Assembly (NCBI GenBank): GCA_031554475.1
Contig: JAVBVF010000022.1
Location: forward strand, 21,767 to 85,766
Source: Eubacteriales bacterium
Lineage (GTDB): Bacteria > Bacillota > Clostridia > Christensenellales > Aristaeellaceae
Reading direction: 5' to 3'
Length of the DNA stretch: 64,000 bases
Program-made: the position numbers and the translations under genes
Notes under the pieces: model-generated
Told to the model about the DNA's origin: nothing
Database searches by the model: none
What the model saw: the letters and a program-made list of their open reading frames with translations, nothing else
In this document: positions 18,973 to 27,308 of the stretch, piece by piece
Position numbering within the stretch: position 1 is the stretch's first letter
Layout: each line of letters begins with the position of its first letter

Positions 18973-20420
18973 CCCTGGGCGGACAGGAGCGTTTCCACCA
19001 CCTGGCGCAGCGTGGCATCTTCTCCCACATTGCCGGGAAAAATCACATAGGGAATCCCGGGGAACTTGCTTTCCGGTCCGGTTTTCCACACCGGCACCCC
19101 TGGAGCGGCCTGCCCCAGCACAGTGGCCCGCCGCACCCGAAGGGCCAAAACGCCTACGTCGCTGGACGTGATGCCGCCCTTGGCCACGATGAAGCGCGGG
19201 CGAATGGTGAGCCGTGCCGCCACGTCGGTAAGGGCGGCGGAAATGCGCACGGAGATCAGCAGCTGGCGCTCGCTATCGGCTCCGTCTAGGTCCAGCCGGT
19301 CGCGGCGGGTATAGACCACCACGGTGCGGCCGTCCAGGATGCGGGCGTTGGCCTCCTGGGCCACGCGATCCACCTCGCCCTCCAAGCCGCCTTCCCGTAG
19401 CGCCAGGTGTTGGTCAAACTCAATAAAATCCATAGGGAGCGCGCTTTGGCGCAAGGCCTCCAATTGCCGGGTGGTTTTGGCCACATGGGAGCCGATGATT
19501 ACCAATCCGCCGTGGGATTCCCCTGGAGCGACCAGCTCTTCGGGGGTCAAAAGCGCTTTATCGGGTATGCCGCTAAGCGCCTTTGGAAGTGCCGCAGCGC
19601 TGCGAAAGAGGTATTCCCCGCCACGGGAAAGGGCGCGGCACAGGGCTACGCAAAAGGATTCCACATCTACGGTGTCGGTCGCGTTCACGATGATTTTGCC
19701 AAAGCCCTTGGCCTGGAGCATGCGCTCCGCTAGCCGGTCCCAGTCCATGGCGCGCAATTCCGCCAGGGGAAGATAGACCATGTCCTGCGCGCGGTGCTTG
19801 CCTGCGGTTTTTTCTTCGCACCACAGGCCCAGATGAGACGCGTGATAGCCAAAGGTGCGATCCTTGGCAAATTCCGTTTGTCCTGCGGGAGTCAGCTGCC
19901 CGCCCTCCCGCACATAGTGGACATTGCCCAGCGTAAACCGGCCGCCTTCCTGAAAAAAAGGAACGATCACCTCGCCCTGGTAGCGCTTGCCCGTCTCTGC
20001 TTCCAGCACCCGGCGCAGGGTTTCGGTCTCCAGGGGATAGTGCCCCCTGAGCGTGGAATCGCTCCGGCTTAACAAAAGGAAATCCTTGCCCGTTTTCCGT
20101 GAGGCCAGGGCAATGTTCACGGCGATCTGTTCATGGACGCGTTGTGTTTGTTCTTCGGTGAAAGCCCGGGAGTTGGTCAGGAGAAAAAACAGGGGCGATT
20201 CTTCCAAAAAACCGGAAAGAATCGTTTCCTCGTCCCAGGCGGTATAGACGGACACGTTGTGTACGGTTTGGGTACCTGTGGGGTCGTCGTCCAGGACTAT
20301 GATTTTTCGGTTCAGGCGGGCAAGCTCTTGGGCAAGCCCATGGCAGACCGCCCCGCGATCCGTGGGAGGAAGATGCTCTAAAGCGTCCAGACTCAAGGCT
20401 TTTGCCACGTCCGTTATCAT
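18969..20420 (-). CDS. four-carbon acid-sugar kinase family protein (DUF1537; OtnK/OiaK-like)
   Basis: Within ORF 18969-20480. IIVLDDDPTGTQTVHNVSVYTAW is the characteristic N-terminal motif. The start is uncertain (20420 or 20441). Confidence 0.8.
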   Translation of the reverse strand: MITDVAKALSLDALEHLPPTDRGAVCHGLAQELARLNRKIIVLDDDPTGTQTVHNVSVYTAWDEETILSGFLEESPLFFLLTNSRAFTEEQTQRVHEQIAVNIALASRKTGKDFLLLSRSDSTLRGHYPLETETLRRVLEAETGKRYQGEVIVPFFQEGGRFTLGNVHYVREGGQLTPAGQTEFAKDRTFGYHASHLGLWCEEKTAGKHRAQDMVYLPLAELRAMDWDRLAERMLQAKGFGKIIVNATDTVDVESFCVALCRALSRGGEYLFRSAAALPKALSGIPDKALLTPEELVAPGESHGGLVIIGSHVAKTTRQLEALRQSALPMDFIEFDQHLALREGGLEGEVDRVAQEANARILDGRTVVVYTRRDRLDLDGADSERQLLISVRISAALTDVAARLTIRPRFIVAKGGITSSDVGVLALRVRRATVLGQAAPGVPVWKTGPESKFPGIPYVIFPGNVGEDATLRQVVETLLSAQG

Positions 20421-20451
20421 TGTTACGCCCTGCCATTTCATATTTTTACCG

Positions 20452-20480
20452 AGAATATCATATTTTTTGCTCGTTGACAA
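20452..20480 (-). promoter_or_regulatory. promoter candidate for the DUF1537 kinase gene; its -35 overlaps the divergent plus-strand -35
   Basis: Minus strand TTGTCA (20480-20475), 17-nt spacer, TATTCT (20457-20452). Confidence 0.4.
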
Positions 20481-20502
20481 GCAACAAAAAAAGCGATAAA
20501 AT
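20474..20502 (+). promoter_or_regulatory. near-consensus sigma-70-type promoter for the ROK / malic enzyme / SSADH / SucCD-like operon
   Basis: TTGACA (20474-20479), 17-nt spacer, TAAAAT (20497-20502). Confidence 0.6.
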
Positions 20503-20516
20503 GAAATTACAAGAAA

Positions 20517-20532
20517 GCGTAACCGCTTACGC
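20517..20532. promoter_or_regulatory. LacI-type operator candidate O3, GCGTAACCGCTTACGC
   Basis: 16-bp palindrome with mismatch only at the centre, 14 nt downstream of the -10 at 20497-20502. Same half-sites as the 16770 and 16846 copies. Confidence 0.6.
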
Positions 20533-20726
20533 GCTTTGAGACAAGGGAAAATGCAATGATCGCAAATGCTTCTGGAATCCAGATGTGACGGGCATATGAC
20601 CTTTTCGTACCCTTAGAAAAGATGCTCCACCATAGCGTCGCCGCCGGACGCCGCCACGCGTCCGGCATACCGATGGAATATCGCCTGCCGCAGCATGCGG
20701 GTGCGGCAGCCAACGGGGGAACAAGT

Positions 20727-21671
20727 ATGGAAAAGTACCGGTTGGGCGTAGACATTGGGGGGACCAAGGTAGGGTTGGGGCTGCTGACGGAGGAGGGCAA
20801 GCTCCTTCGTCGAGACGTGATCCAAACGCCGGCTTACACGGCGGGGGCCGAGGCCTTTGCAAACGCGCTGTGCGGCCCGCTTTGTTCGTTTTTGGAGCGC
20901 GCCGGCATGGGCTGGCGGGATCTGGACGGTTTTGGGGTGGGCATTCCTGGCACGGCGGACTGCAGGCGCGGAGTGGCGCGGTATTGCCCCAATCTGTTTG
21001 GGGCGGCTGAACTTCCACTGGCCGATCTGCTGGAGGCGCGCTTGGGCGTGCGTCCCCATCTGGTGCAGGACAGCTGGGCCGCCGCTTATGCCGAGTTTGT
21101 TTTTGGAAGGCAGCGCACGACCCCCAACATGCTGTGCGTGACCGTGGGCACGGGTATCGGGTGCGGGGTCATCCTCAACGGGCGGGTGTTTGGCGGAGCC
21201 TTGGGCACGGCGGGGGAATTGGGCCATGTACCCATCGTGTTTGACGGGCGGCCCTGCGCTTGCGGGCGGCGGGGTTGCTTGGAGCGTTATGTAAGCGGAA
21301 CGGCCATCCTGGCCCAAGCCATGGAAGCCTTTCCCCAAAAGCTGGCCGGATTGCCCCCCAAAGCGGAGTCGGTGTTTTCCCTGGCCTATGAGGGGGACGC
21401 TGACGCGTTGGCGCTGATTGCGCAATGCGCGGATAAGCTCGCCTATGGATTGGCCTTGGCCATTGACCTGTTGGCGGTGGATACGGTGATTCTCTCCGGC
21501 GGGGTATCCGCGCATAAGGAGCTGCTCATCGATCCCCTGGAGAAAAGGATTCGCGGATACGCCTATCCGCCTTGGGCCGACAGCCAACGGCTGCAAGTGC
21601 TTCCCGCGGCCTTGGGCGCGGACGCGCCGCTGGTGGGAGCGGCATTCCTGACCCCGGATCAGATCTGGTGA
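20727..21671 (+). CDS. ROK-family sugar kinase (glucokinase-like)
   Basis: Within ORF 20622-21671. ATG 20727 gives MEKYRLGVDIGGTKVGLGLL. Zn motif CACGRRGCLERY. Confidence 0.88.
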   Translation: MEKYRLGVDIGGTKVGLGLLTEEGKLLRRDVIQTPAYTAGAEAFANALCGPLCSFLERAGMGWRDLDGFGVGIPGTADCRRGVARYCPNLFGAAELPLADLLEARLGVRPHLVQDSWAAAYAEFVFGRQRTTPNMLCVTVGTGIGCGVILNGRVFGGALGTAGELGHVPIVFDGRPCACGRRGCLERYVSGTAILAQAMEAFPQKLAGLPPKAESVFSLAYEGDADALALIAQCADKLAYGLALAIDLLAVDTVILSGGVSAHKELLIDPLEKRIRGYAYPPWADSQRLQVLPAALGADAPLVGAAFLTPDQIW

Positions 21672-21732
21672 GGGAAGGGATGGCATAGATCGCAAGGGGC
21701 TTATGAGGGGCGAAGCCCTGGCAGGGGCTGGA

Positions 21733-21751
21733 ATGGTTTATTATAAACCAT
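21733..21751. promoter_or_regulatory. 19-bp perfect AT-rich palindrome ATGGTTTAT-T-ATAAACCAT (transcription-factor site candidate)
   Basis: Perfect 9-bp arms in a GC-rich background, sitting in the 155-nt gap between the ROK and malic enzyme genes. Confidence 0.45.
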
Positions 21752-21762
21752 GGCCAAATCCC

Positions 21763-21791
21763 TTGCGCCCTTCTCACAACGATGATAAGAT
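21763..21791 (+). promoter_or_regulatory. internal promoter candidate upstream of the malic enzyme gene
   Basis: TTGCGC, 17-nt spacer, TAAGAT; 35 nt upstream of ATG 21827. Confidence 0.35.
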
Positions 21792-21826
21792 GTGGCCATC
21801 AAGGCTACTGAGCTGGAGGTGTACCA

Positions 21827-22999
21827 ATGGATTATCGAGCGGAAAGTCTGCGCAAACACTATGAGTGGAAAGGCAAAATGGAGGTTGTGACCCGGGTACC
21901 GGTACAATCGAAGGATGACTTGTCCCTGGCCTATACCCCTGGCGTGGCTGAACCTTGCCTGGAGATTCAAAAGGATGTTTTCAAAAGCTATGAATTAACG
22001 CGCCGATGGAATACCGTGGCCGTGGTGACGGACGGAACGGCGGTGCTGGGGCTGGGCGACATCGGCCCCGAGGCGGGCATGCCCGTCATGGAAGGAAAGT
22101 GCGTGCTGTTTAAGGCCTTCGGCGATGTGGACGCCATTCCCCTTTGCGTGAAGTCCAAGAGCGTTGAGGATATTGTGCGCACCGTATACCTCATCAGCGG
22201 AAGCCTGGGGGGCGTGAACCTGGAGGATATCTCCGCGCCCCGTTGCTTTGAGATTGAAGCGAAGCTGAAAGAGCTTTGTGATATTCCCATTTTTCACGAC
22301 GATCAGCACGGTACCGCCGTGGTGACGGCCGCCGCCATGATCAACGCCATGAAGCTGACCGGCCGCGATATTGCCCAGCAGGAATGCGTGATCGCGGGCG
22401 CGGGGGCGGCGGGTGTGGCTTGTACAAAATTGCTCATGAGCATGGGGCTCAAAAACGTGATTCTCTGCGACCGCCAGGGCGCGATTTGGGAAGGCAGGGA
22501 CGGCCTGAACCCCGCCAAGGAAGAGATGGCCAAAATCTCCAACCGCCGGATGAAAAAGGGCAGCCTTGCCGATGTGCTCAAGGATGCGGATGTGTTCATC
22601 GGCGTATCCGAACCGGGGATCGTAACCCAGGACATGATTCGCACCATGCATAAGGATCCCATCATTTTTGCCATGAGCAATCCTACTCCCGAAATCATGC
22701 CGGACCTGGCACTGGAGGCAGGCGCTTTTGTGGTGGGTACGGGGCGGTCCGATTTTGCCAATCAGATCAACAACGTGCTGGCTTTCCCCGGGATTTTCCG
22801 CGGAACGTTGGATGTGCGCGCCAGCGATATCAATGATGAGATGAAAATTGCGGCGGCTTATGCGATTGCAGGACTCATTGACGAAAAAGAACTGAAACCG
22901 GAATACGTGATTCCCGCGCCCTTTGATTCGCGCGTTCGGGATGCGGTGGCCAAAGCGGTGGCGGAGGCGGCCCGAAAAAGCGGCGTAGCCCGTATTTGA
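21827..22999 (+). CDS. NAD(P)-dependent malic enzyme (short, 390-aa form)
   Basis: LSLAYTPGVAEPC, DGTAVLGLGDIGPEAGMPVMEGKCVLFKAF and GAGAAGVA; GGAGGTG RBS. Confidence 0.92.
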   Translation: MDYRAESLRKHYEWKGKMEVVTRVPVQSKDDLSLAYTPGVAEPCLEIQKDVFKSYELTRRWNTVAVVTDGTAVLGLGDIGPEAGMPVMEGKCVLFKAFGDVDAIPLCVKSKSVEDIVRTVYLISGSLGGVNLEDISAPRCFEIEAKLKELCDIPIFHDDQHGTAVVTAAAMINAMKLTGRDIAQQECVIAGAGAAGVACTKLLMSMGLKNVILCDRQGAIWEGRDGLNPAKEEMAKISNRRMKKGSLADVLKDADVFIGVSEPGIVTQDMIRTMHKDPIIFAMSNPTPEIMPDLALEAGAFVVGTGRSDFANQINNVLAFPGIFRGTLDVRASDINDEMKIAAAYAIAGLIDEKELKPEYVIPAPFDSRVRDAVAKAVAEAARKSGVARI

Positions 23000-23131
23000 T
23001 TCCGGCGGACCGGAGCGTTCCCTGGCGGAGCGCTTCGGTTCGCGCCCATTGGATGGTTGCCGGCAGGGGGAAGCGAATCCTCTTGCTCTATTTTGTGATC
23101 CTTCCATTTTTCAGAGTGAGGAGTGACGCCC

Positions 23132-24499
23132 ATGGAAGCCAAGGAAATGATCCAGGAATTGGTGGTTCGCAGCCGAAAGGCGCAGGCGGTATTGGAAGGT
23201 TATTCCCAGCGGCAGCTGGATGCGGTTGTGCGCGCCATGGCCAAGGTGGTTTACGACAATGCGGAACCGCTGGCGAAAATGGCAGCGGAAGAAACCCGCA
23301 TGGGCGTCTACGAGCATAAGATCGCCAAAAACAAGGGCAAGAGTCGCATTCTCTGGAATGGGCTGAAGGGAAAGACCACGGTGGGGGTGCTGCGAGAAAT
23401 TCCGGAGGAAGGGCTGGTGGAGATTGCCAAGCCCATGGGCGTGGTCTGCGCGGTGCTTCCCTGCACCAACCCCATCGTGACCCCCATGTGCAACGCCATG
23501 TTTGCCCTCAAATCCGGAAATTCCATCATCGTAGCGCCGCACCCCAGAGCGGTTCAGTGCACAGCTCGCATCAAGGAGCTCTTTGATGCGGAGTTTGAAA
23601 AGCTGGGATGCCCCAAGGACGTGTTTTTGGTGCTGGAGGAGTCCTCTGTGGAAAAGACCCAGCTATTGATGAGCGCCTGCGACATCGTGGTGGCCACCGG
23701 CGGCGGCGCCATGGTCAAAAGCGCCTATTCCTCGGGCAAGCCCAGCTATGGCGTGGGGCCTGGCAACGTGCAGGGCCTTTATGATACGGATATCGACATC
23801 GGGGCGGCCGTTCCCAAAGCCGTGGCCTCCCGCATTTTTGACAACGGCATCATTTGTTCTGGCGACCAAACCATCATCGCGCCCCGCTCCACCTATAAGG
23901 CGATCATGGCGGAGTTTGTGAAAAACGGGGCGTACTATACCGAGGATCCGGCCGAGGTGGAGTTGTGGCGAAAGGCCGTGTTCCCCGACGGGGTCATGAA
24001 CAAGCATTTGGTGGGCCAGGGCGTGGAAAAGCTGGCCGCCGCCGCCAATGTGAAGGTGCCGGAGGGGACGAAGCTGATCATTGTGAAGGCTGCGGAGGCG
24101 GGGAAGCAGGATGTGCTCAGCAAGGAAAAAATGTGCCCCTTTATGAGCGCTTACGCATACGACACCTGGGAAGAAGGGGTGGAGATCGCCCGTAAGAACC
24201 TTTTGTGCGAAGGCGCGGGGCACTCGGTTTCCATCCAGTCCCATAACCGTGAGCACCTGGTGTACGCGGGGCTGCACCTGCCCGTATCCCGGGTGCTGGT
24301 GAACCAAAGCTGTGCCACCATGAACGGAGGCGCCTTCGCCAACGGCCTCAGCCCCACCACCACGTTGGGCTGCGGCAGCTGGGGCAACAACTCCATCAGC
24401 GAGAATCTCTCCTACAAACATTTTTATAACACCCAGCGCATTGCTTTTGAAAAGCCGGATTGGCGGCAGCCCTCGGACGAGGAGATTTGGGGAGAGTAA
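23132..24499 (+). CDS. CoA-acylating aldehyde dehydrogenase, closest by eye to clostridial succinate-semialdehyde dehydrogenase (acetylating)
   Basis: Within ORF 23123-24499; ATG 23132 is 8 nt after GAGGAG. Long colinear similarity to my recollection of Clostridium kluyveri SucD: VVYDNAEP, TNPIVTPMCNAMFALK, DNGIICS, TTTLGCGSWGNNSISENL and a C-terminal EEIWG. Confidence 0.8.
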   Translation: MEAKEMIQELVVRSRKAQAVLEGYSQRQLDAVVRAMAKVVYDNAEPLAKMAAEETRMGVYEHKIAKNKGKSRILWNGLKGKTTVGVLREIPEEGLVEIAKPMGVVCAVLPCTNPIVTPMCNAMFALKSGNSIIVAPHPRAVQCTARIKELFDAEFEKLGCPKDVFLVLEESSVEKTQLLMSACDIVVATGGGAMVKSAYSSGKPSYGVGPGNVQGLYDTDIDIGAAVPKAVASRIFDNGIICSGDQTIIAPRSTYKAIMAEFVKNGAYYTEDPAEVELWRKAVFPDGVMNKHLVGQGVEKLAAAANVKVPEGTKLIIVKAAEAGKQDVLSKEKMCPFMSAYAYDTWEEGVEIARKNLLCEGAGHSVSIQSHNREHLVYAGLHLPVSRVLVNQSCATMNGGAFANGLSPTTTLGCGSWGNNSISENLSYKHFYNTQRIAFEKPDWRQPSDEEIWGE

Positions 24500-24532
24500 G
24501 AGAATCGCCTTGGCAAAAAGGAGGGATGAGCC

Positions 24533-25687
24533 TTGAAACTTTTGGAATATCAGGCGCAGGAGCTGTTTGAAAAGCATGGGTTGCCAGTGAAAAAGGGCTG
24601 TGTGGTAGACGAATCCGCCACCCTTCCAGCGAAAATCAAAGCCGCGGGGCTGCAATATCCGGTGGTGATCAAGGCCCAGGTCCAGATTGGCGGGCGGGGC
24701 AAGGCCGGAGGGATTCAATTTGCCCAGAACGAGGCCGAAGCCATCGCCCAAGCGAAGGAGCTCCTATTTAAAGACATTCGCGGATTGATCGCCAAAGAGC
24801 TCTTGATTGTGGAAAAAGCGCAGGTGAGACGGGAGTGGTACCTGTCCATCCTGCTGGATCGCGGGGCCAAATCGCCGCTGATCATCTTCTCCCCCAAGGG
24901 CGGCATGGACATTGAAGAAACCGCCAAAACCCATCCCGAGGCCATTGGGCGGGTGATTGTCAACCCCTTTGTGGGGGTACAGGACTATCACATCGATTAC
25001 CTGCTGGACGTGACCGGCGCGGACCACAGTTGCCGTAAGGCCTTTGGGGAGATCGTGCGCAAGCTCTACCGGCTCTTTTTGGAAGGCAACGCGCTGCTGG
25101 TGGAAATCAATCCCCTGGCCACCGACGAGGCGGGGAACCTCATCGCGTTGGACGGAAAGATCGACGTGGATGATTCCGCGCTTTATAAACTTCCGGCTGT
25201 GGAGGCCTACCGCGATCACTTGCAAGAGGAGGCTTTGGTGCTGGAAGCGCGAAAATTCAACTTTCTGTATATCCCTGTGGAGGCGGAAGGGGATATTGCG
25301 GTCATGAGCAACGGATCCGGTCTTTTGATGAGCTGTATCGACCTGCTGGCCAAGAAAGGGCTGCCGGTGGCCGCCGCGCTGGATTTGGGCGGCGGAGCGA
25401 CCGCGGAGCGCATCAAAGAGGCGGTTCGCATTCTTTTGAGCACAGGGCGTGTTCATACGCTGCTCATCAGCATTTTCGGCGGCATCACCCGTTGCGACGA
25501 GGTGGTGGAGGGCGTTCGGCTGGCCTTGGGGGAGCAAAAGGAGAAAAAAACAGTGGTCATCCGCATGGAGGGGACCAACAAAGAAAAGGCCATGGAGATC
25601 GTACAGAGTGTTGCCGACCAGGTGACCACTGCCCAAAGTATCCCGGACGCCGTGGAAATCTTGGCTGGGAAGCGCGAAGGATGGTGA
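24533..25687 (+). CDS. sucC: succinate-CoA ligase (ADP-forming) beta subunit-like protein
   Basis: TTG start after AAAGGAGGG. MKLLEYQAQELFEKHGLPV, an ATP-grasp body and DLGGGA. The acid substrate is not established. Confidence 0.8.
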   Translation: MKLLEYQAQELFEKHGLPVKKGCVVDESATLPAKIKAAGLQYPVVIKAQVQIGGRGKAGGIQFAQNEAEAIAQAKELLFKDIRGLIAKELLIVEKAQVRREWYLSILLDRGAKSPLIIFSPKGGMDIEETAKTHPEAIGRVIVNPFVGVQDYHIDYLLDVTGADHSCRKAFGEIVRKLYRLFLEGNALLVEINPLATDEAGNLIALDGKIDVDDSALYKLPAVEAYRDHLQEEALVLEARKFNFLYIPVEAEGDIAVMSNGSGLLMSCIDLLAKKGLPVAAALDLGGGATAERIKEAVRILLSTGRVHTLLISIFGGITRCDEVVEGVRLALGEQKEKKTVVIRMEGTNKEKAMEIVQSVADQVTTAQSIPDAVEILAGKREGW

Positions 25688-25691
25688 AAGC

Positions 25692-26567
25692 ATGAGTATC
25701 TTGATTGATCGGGACACCCGCTTGATCGTGCAGGGCATCACGGGGCGTGAGGGAACCTTTCATACCGAGCAGATGCTGGCCTACGGCGTCAACGTGGTGG
25801 CGGGAGTCACCCCTGGAAAAGGCGGGCAGGAGGTGCTGGGCGTTCCGGTTTTCAACACCGTAAAGGAAGCCATGGAAGCCAAGAATGCCAACGCCACTGT
25901 CATTTTTGTGCCGGCAAAGTTCACGGCGGCAGGCGTGTACGAGGCCTGTGACGCGGGGGTTCCGCTCATTGTGACCATCGCCGAGCATGTGCCCGTCCAT
26001 GACATGATGTTTTGTTACGCCATCGCCCGCCAAAAAGGGCTGCGGCTGTTTGGCCCCAATTCCTTTGGCATCATCTCTCCGGGAAAATCCAAGGCGGGCT
26101 TCATGGCCCACAGGATTTTCACAGAGGGCGGCGTGGGGTTGATGACCCGAAGCGCCACCAACGGCTATGAAACCGCCTTTCGGCTGACGGAGCTGGGCAT
26201 CGGCATTTCCACAGCCGTGGGCGTGGGCGGGGATATGATCCCGGGCTCCACCTTCATCGACCTGCTGCCTGATTTTGAGGCGGATCCGGAAACCAAGGCC
26301 ATCGTGATGATCGGCGAAATCGGCGGCGGCGAGGAAGAGGCGGCGGCGGAGTATATCAAAGCACGGGTCCAAAAACCCGTGGTGGCGTTTATCGCGGGAA
26401 AAAATGCGCCCAAGGGAAAATCCATGGGGCATGCGGGCGCGATTGTGGCGGCGGACGGAACGGGAAGCGCCCAGAACAAGGAGGCCGCCTTGCGAGCCGC
26501 AGGCGCGCATATCGCCGAGAGCACCTTTCAGATCGGAGACATCCTGCGGGACATGGGCATCCGGTGA
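25692..26567 (+). CDS. sucD: succinate-CoA ligase alpha subunit-like protein
   Basis: [24 protein letters not shown]; phosphohistidine loop SMGHAGAIV. Confidence 0.85.
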   Translation: MSILIDRDTRLIVQGITGREGTFHTEQMLAYGVNVVAGVTPGKGGQEVLGVPVFNTVKEAMEAKNANATVIFVPAKFTAAGVYEACDAGVPLIVTIAEHVPVHDMMFCYAIARQKGLRLFGPNSFGIISPGKSKAGFMAHRIFTEGGVGLMTRSATNGYETAFRLTELGIGISTAVGVGGDMIPGSTFIDLLPDFEADPETKAIVMIGEIGGGEEEAAAEYIKARVQKPVVAFIAGKNAPKGKSMGHAGAIVAADGTGSAQNKEAALRAAGAHIAESTFQIGDILRDMGIR

Positions 26568-26584
26568 GGGCCGGGCGGAAGCAC

Positions 26585-27286
26585 TCAGGCGTCGGGTTCC
26601 TGGTACTCGCAAAGCACCGTGTGGGCGCGGATGAGGTGCTCCCGCATCCGGTCTGCGGCCAGCTCGGCGTCGCCGGCGGCAATGGCCTGGCAGATGGCAT
26701 AATGATCCTGTACGGTTTGCTCCCGTTGCTCGGGCACGCGCAGCGTGGCCAGGCGGGTATCCGAAAGCAGATCCGAGCACATTTCATTGATCAGTTGCAT
26801 GGCGCTGTTCTGGGCCAGCTCAGCGATATAGCTGTGAAAGCGGTTGTCGGCGGTAAGACCGGTTTTTCCGTCGCGGATGCTCCGGTCAAAATGCTCGGCA
26901 TAGGTGCGAAGCCTCTCGGCAGCCGCAGGGGTGATGTGGCGGGCGGCGTCCCGGGCCATTTCCACTTCTAGCAGCTTGCGCACCCCCAGCAAATCGGACA
27001 GGAGATGCCCATCTGCGCTCAGCGTTTCGCTGACGAAGCCCAGGAGATTGCCAAAGGTGACGTCGCACACGATGGTGCCGCCATCGGCGCACTGCATGAG
27101 CACGCCCTTGCCTTCCAATTGGGCAATGGCCTCGCGGATAGCGGTGCGGCTCACGCTCAGTTGCTCGGCAAGCTCTCTCTCGGCGGGCAGGCGGTCCCCC
27201 GCGTTCCATTCGCCGGACAGGATGAGGGTGAGGATCTGCTTGGAAATTTTTTCGTGGAGCTTGGTTTTCTTCAGTGGTATCAGCAT
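26585..27286 (-). CDS. GntR-family (FadR/FCD subfamily) transcriptional regulator
   Basis: N-terminal winged HTH (LPAERELAEQLSVSRTAIREAIAQLEGKGVL) plus a helical C-terminal domain. Divergent from the E1-alpha gene at 27389. Confidence 0.88.
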   Translation of the reverse strand: MLIPLKKTKLHEKISKQILTLILSGEWNAGDRLPAERELAEQLSVSRTAIREAIAQLEGKGVLMQCADGGTIVCDVTFGNLLGFVSETLSADGHLLSDLLGVRKLLEVEMARDAARHITPAAAERLRTYAEHFDRSIRDGKTGLTADNRFHSYIAELAQNSAMQLINEMCSDLLSDTRLATLRVPEQREQTVQDHYAICQAIAAGDAELAADRMREHLIRAHTVLCEYQEPDA

Positions 27287-27308
27287 GGCAAAACCTCGTT
27301 GGGCTTTT

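Noticed and set aside
24146-24157. AGCGCTTACGCA, a half-match to the LacI-type operator motif, inside the aldehyde dehydrogenase gene
   Set aside because: Only one half-site is present. The left arm is not complementary and the site is intragenic, so it is probably a chance match.
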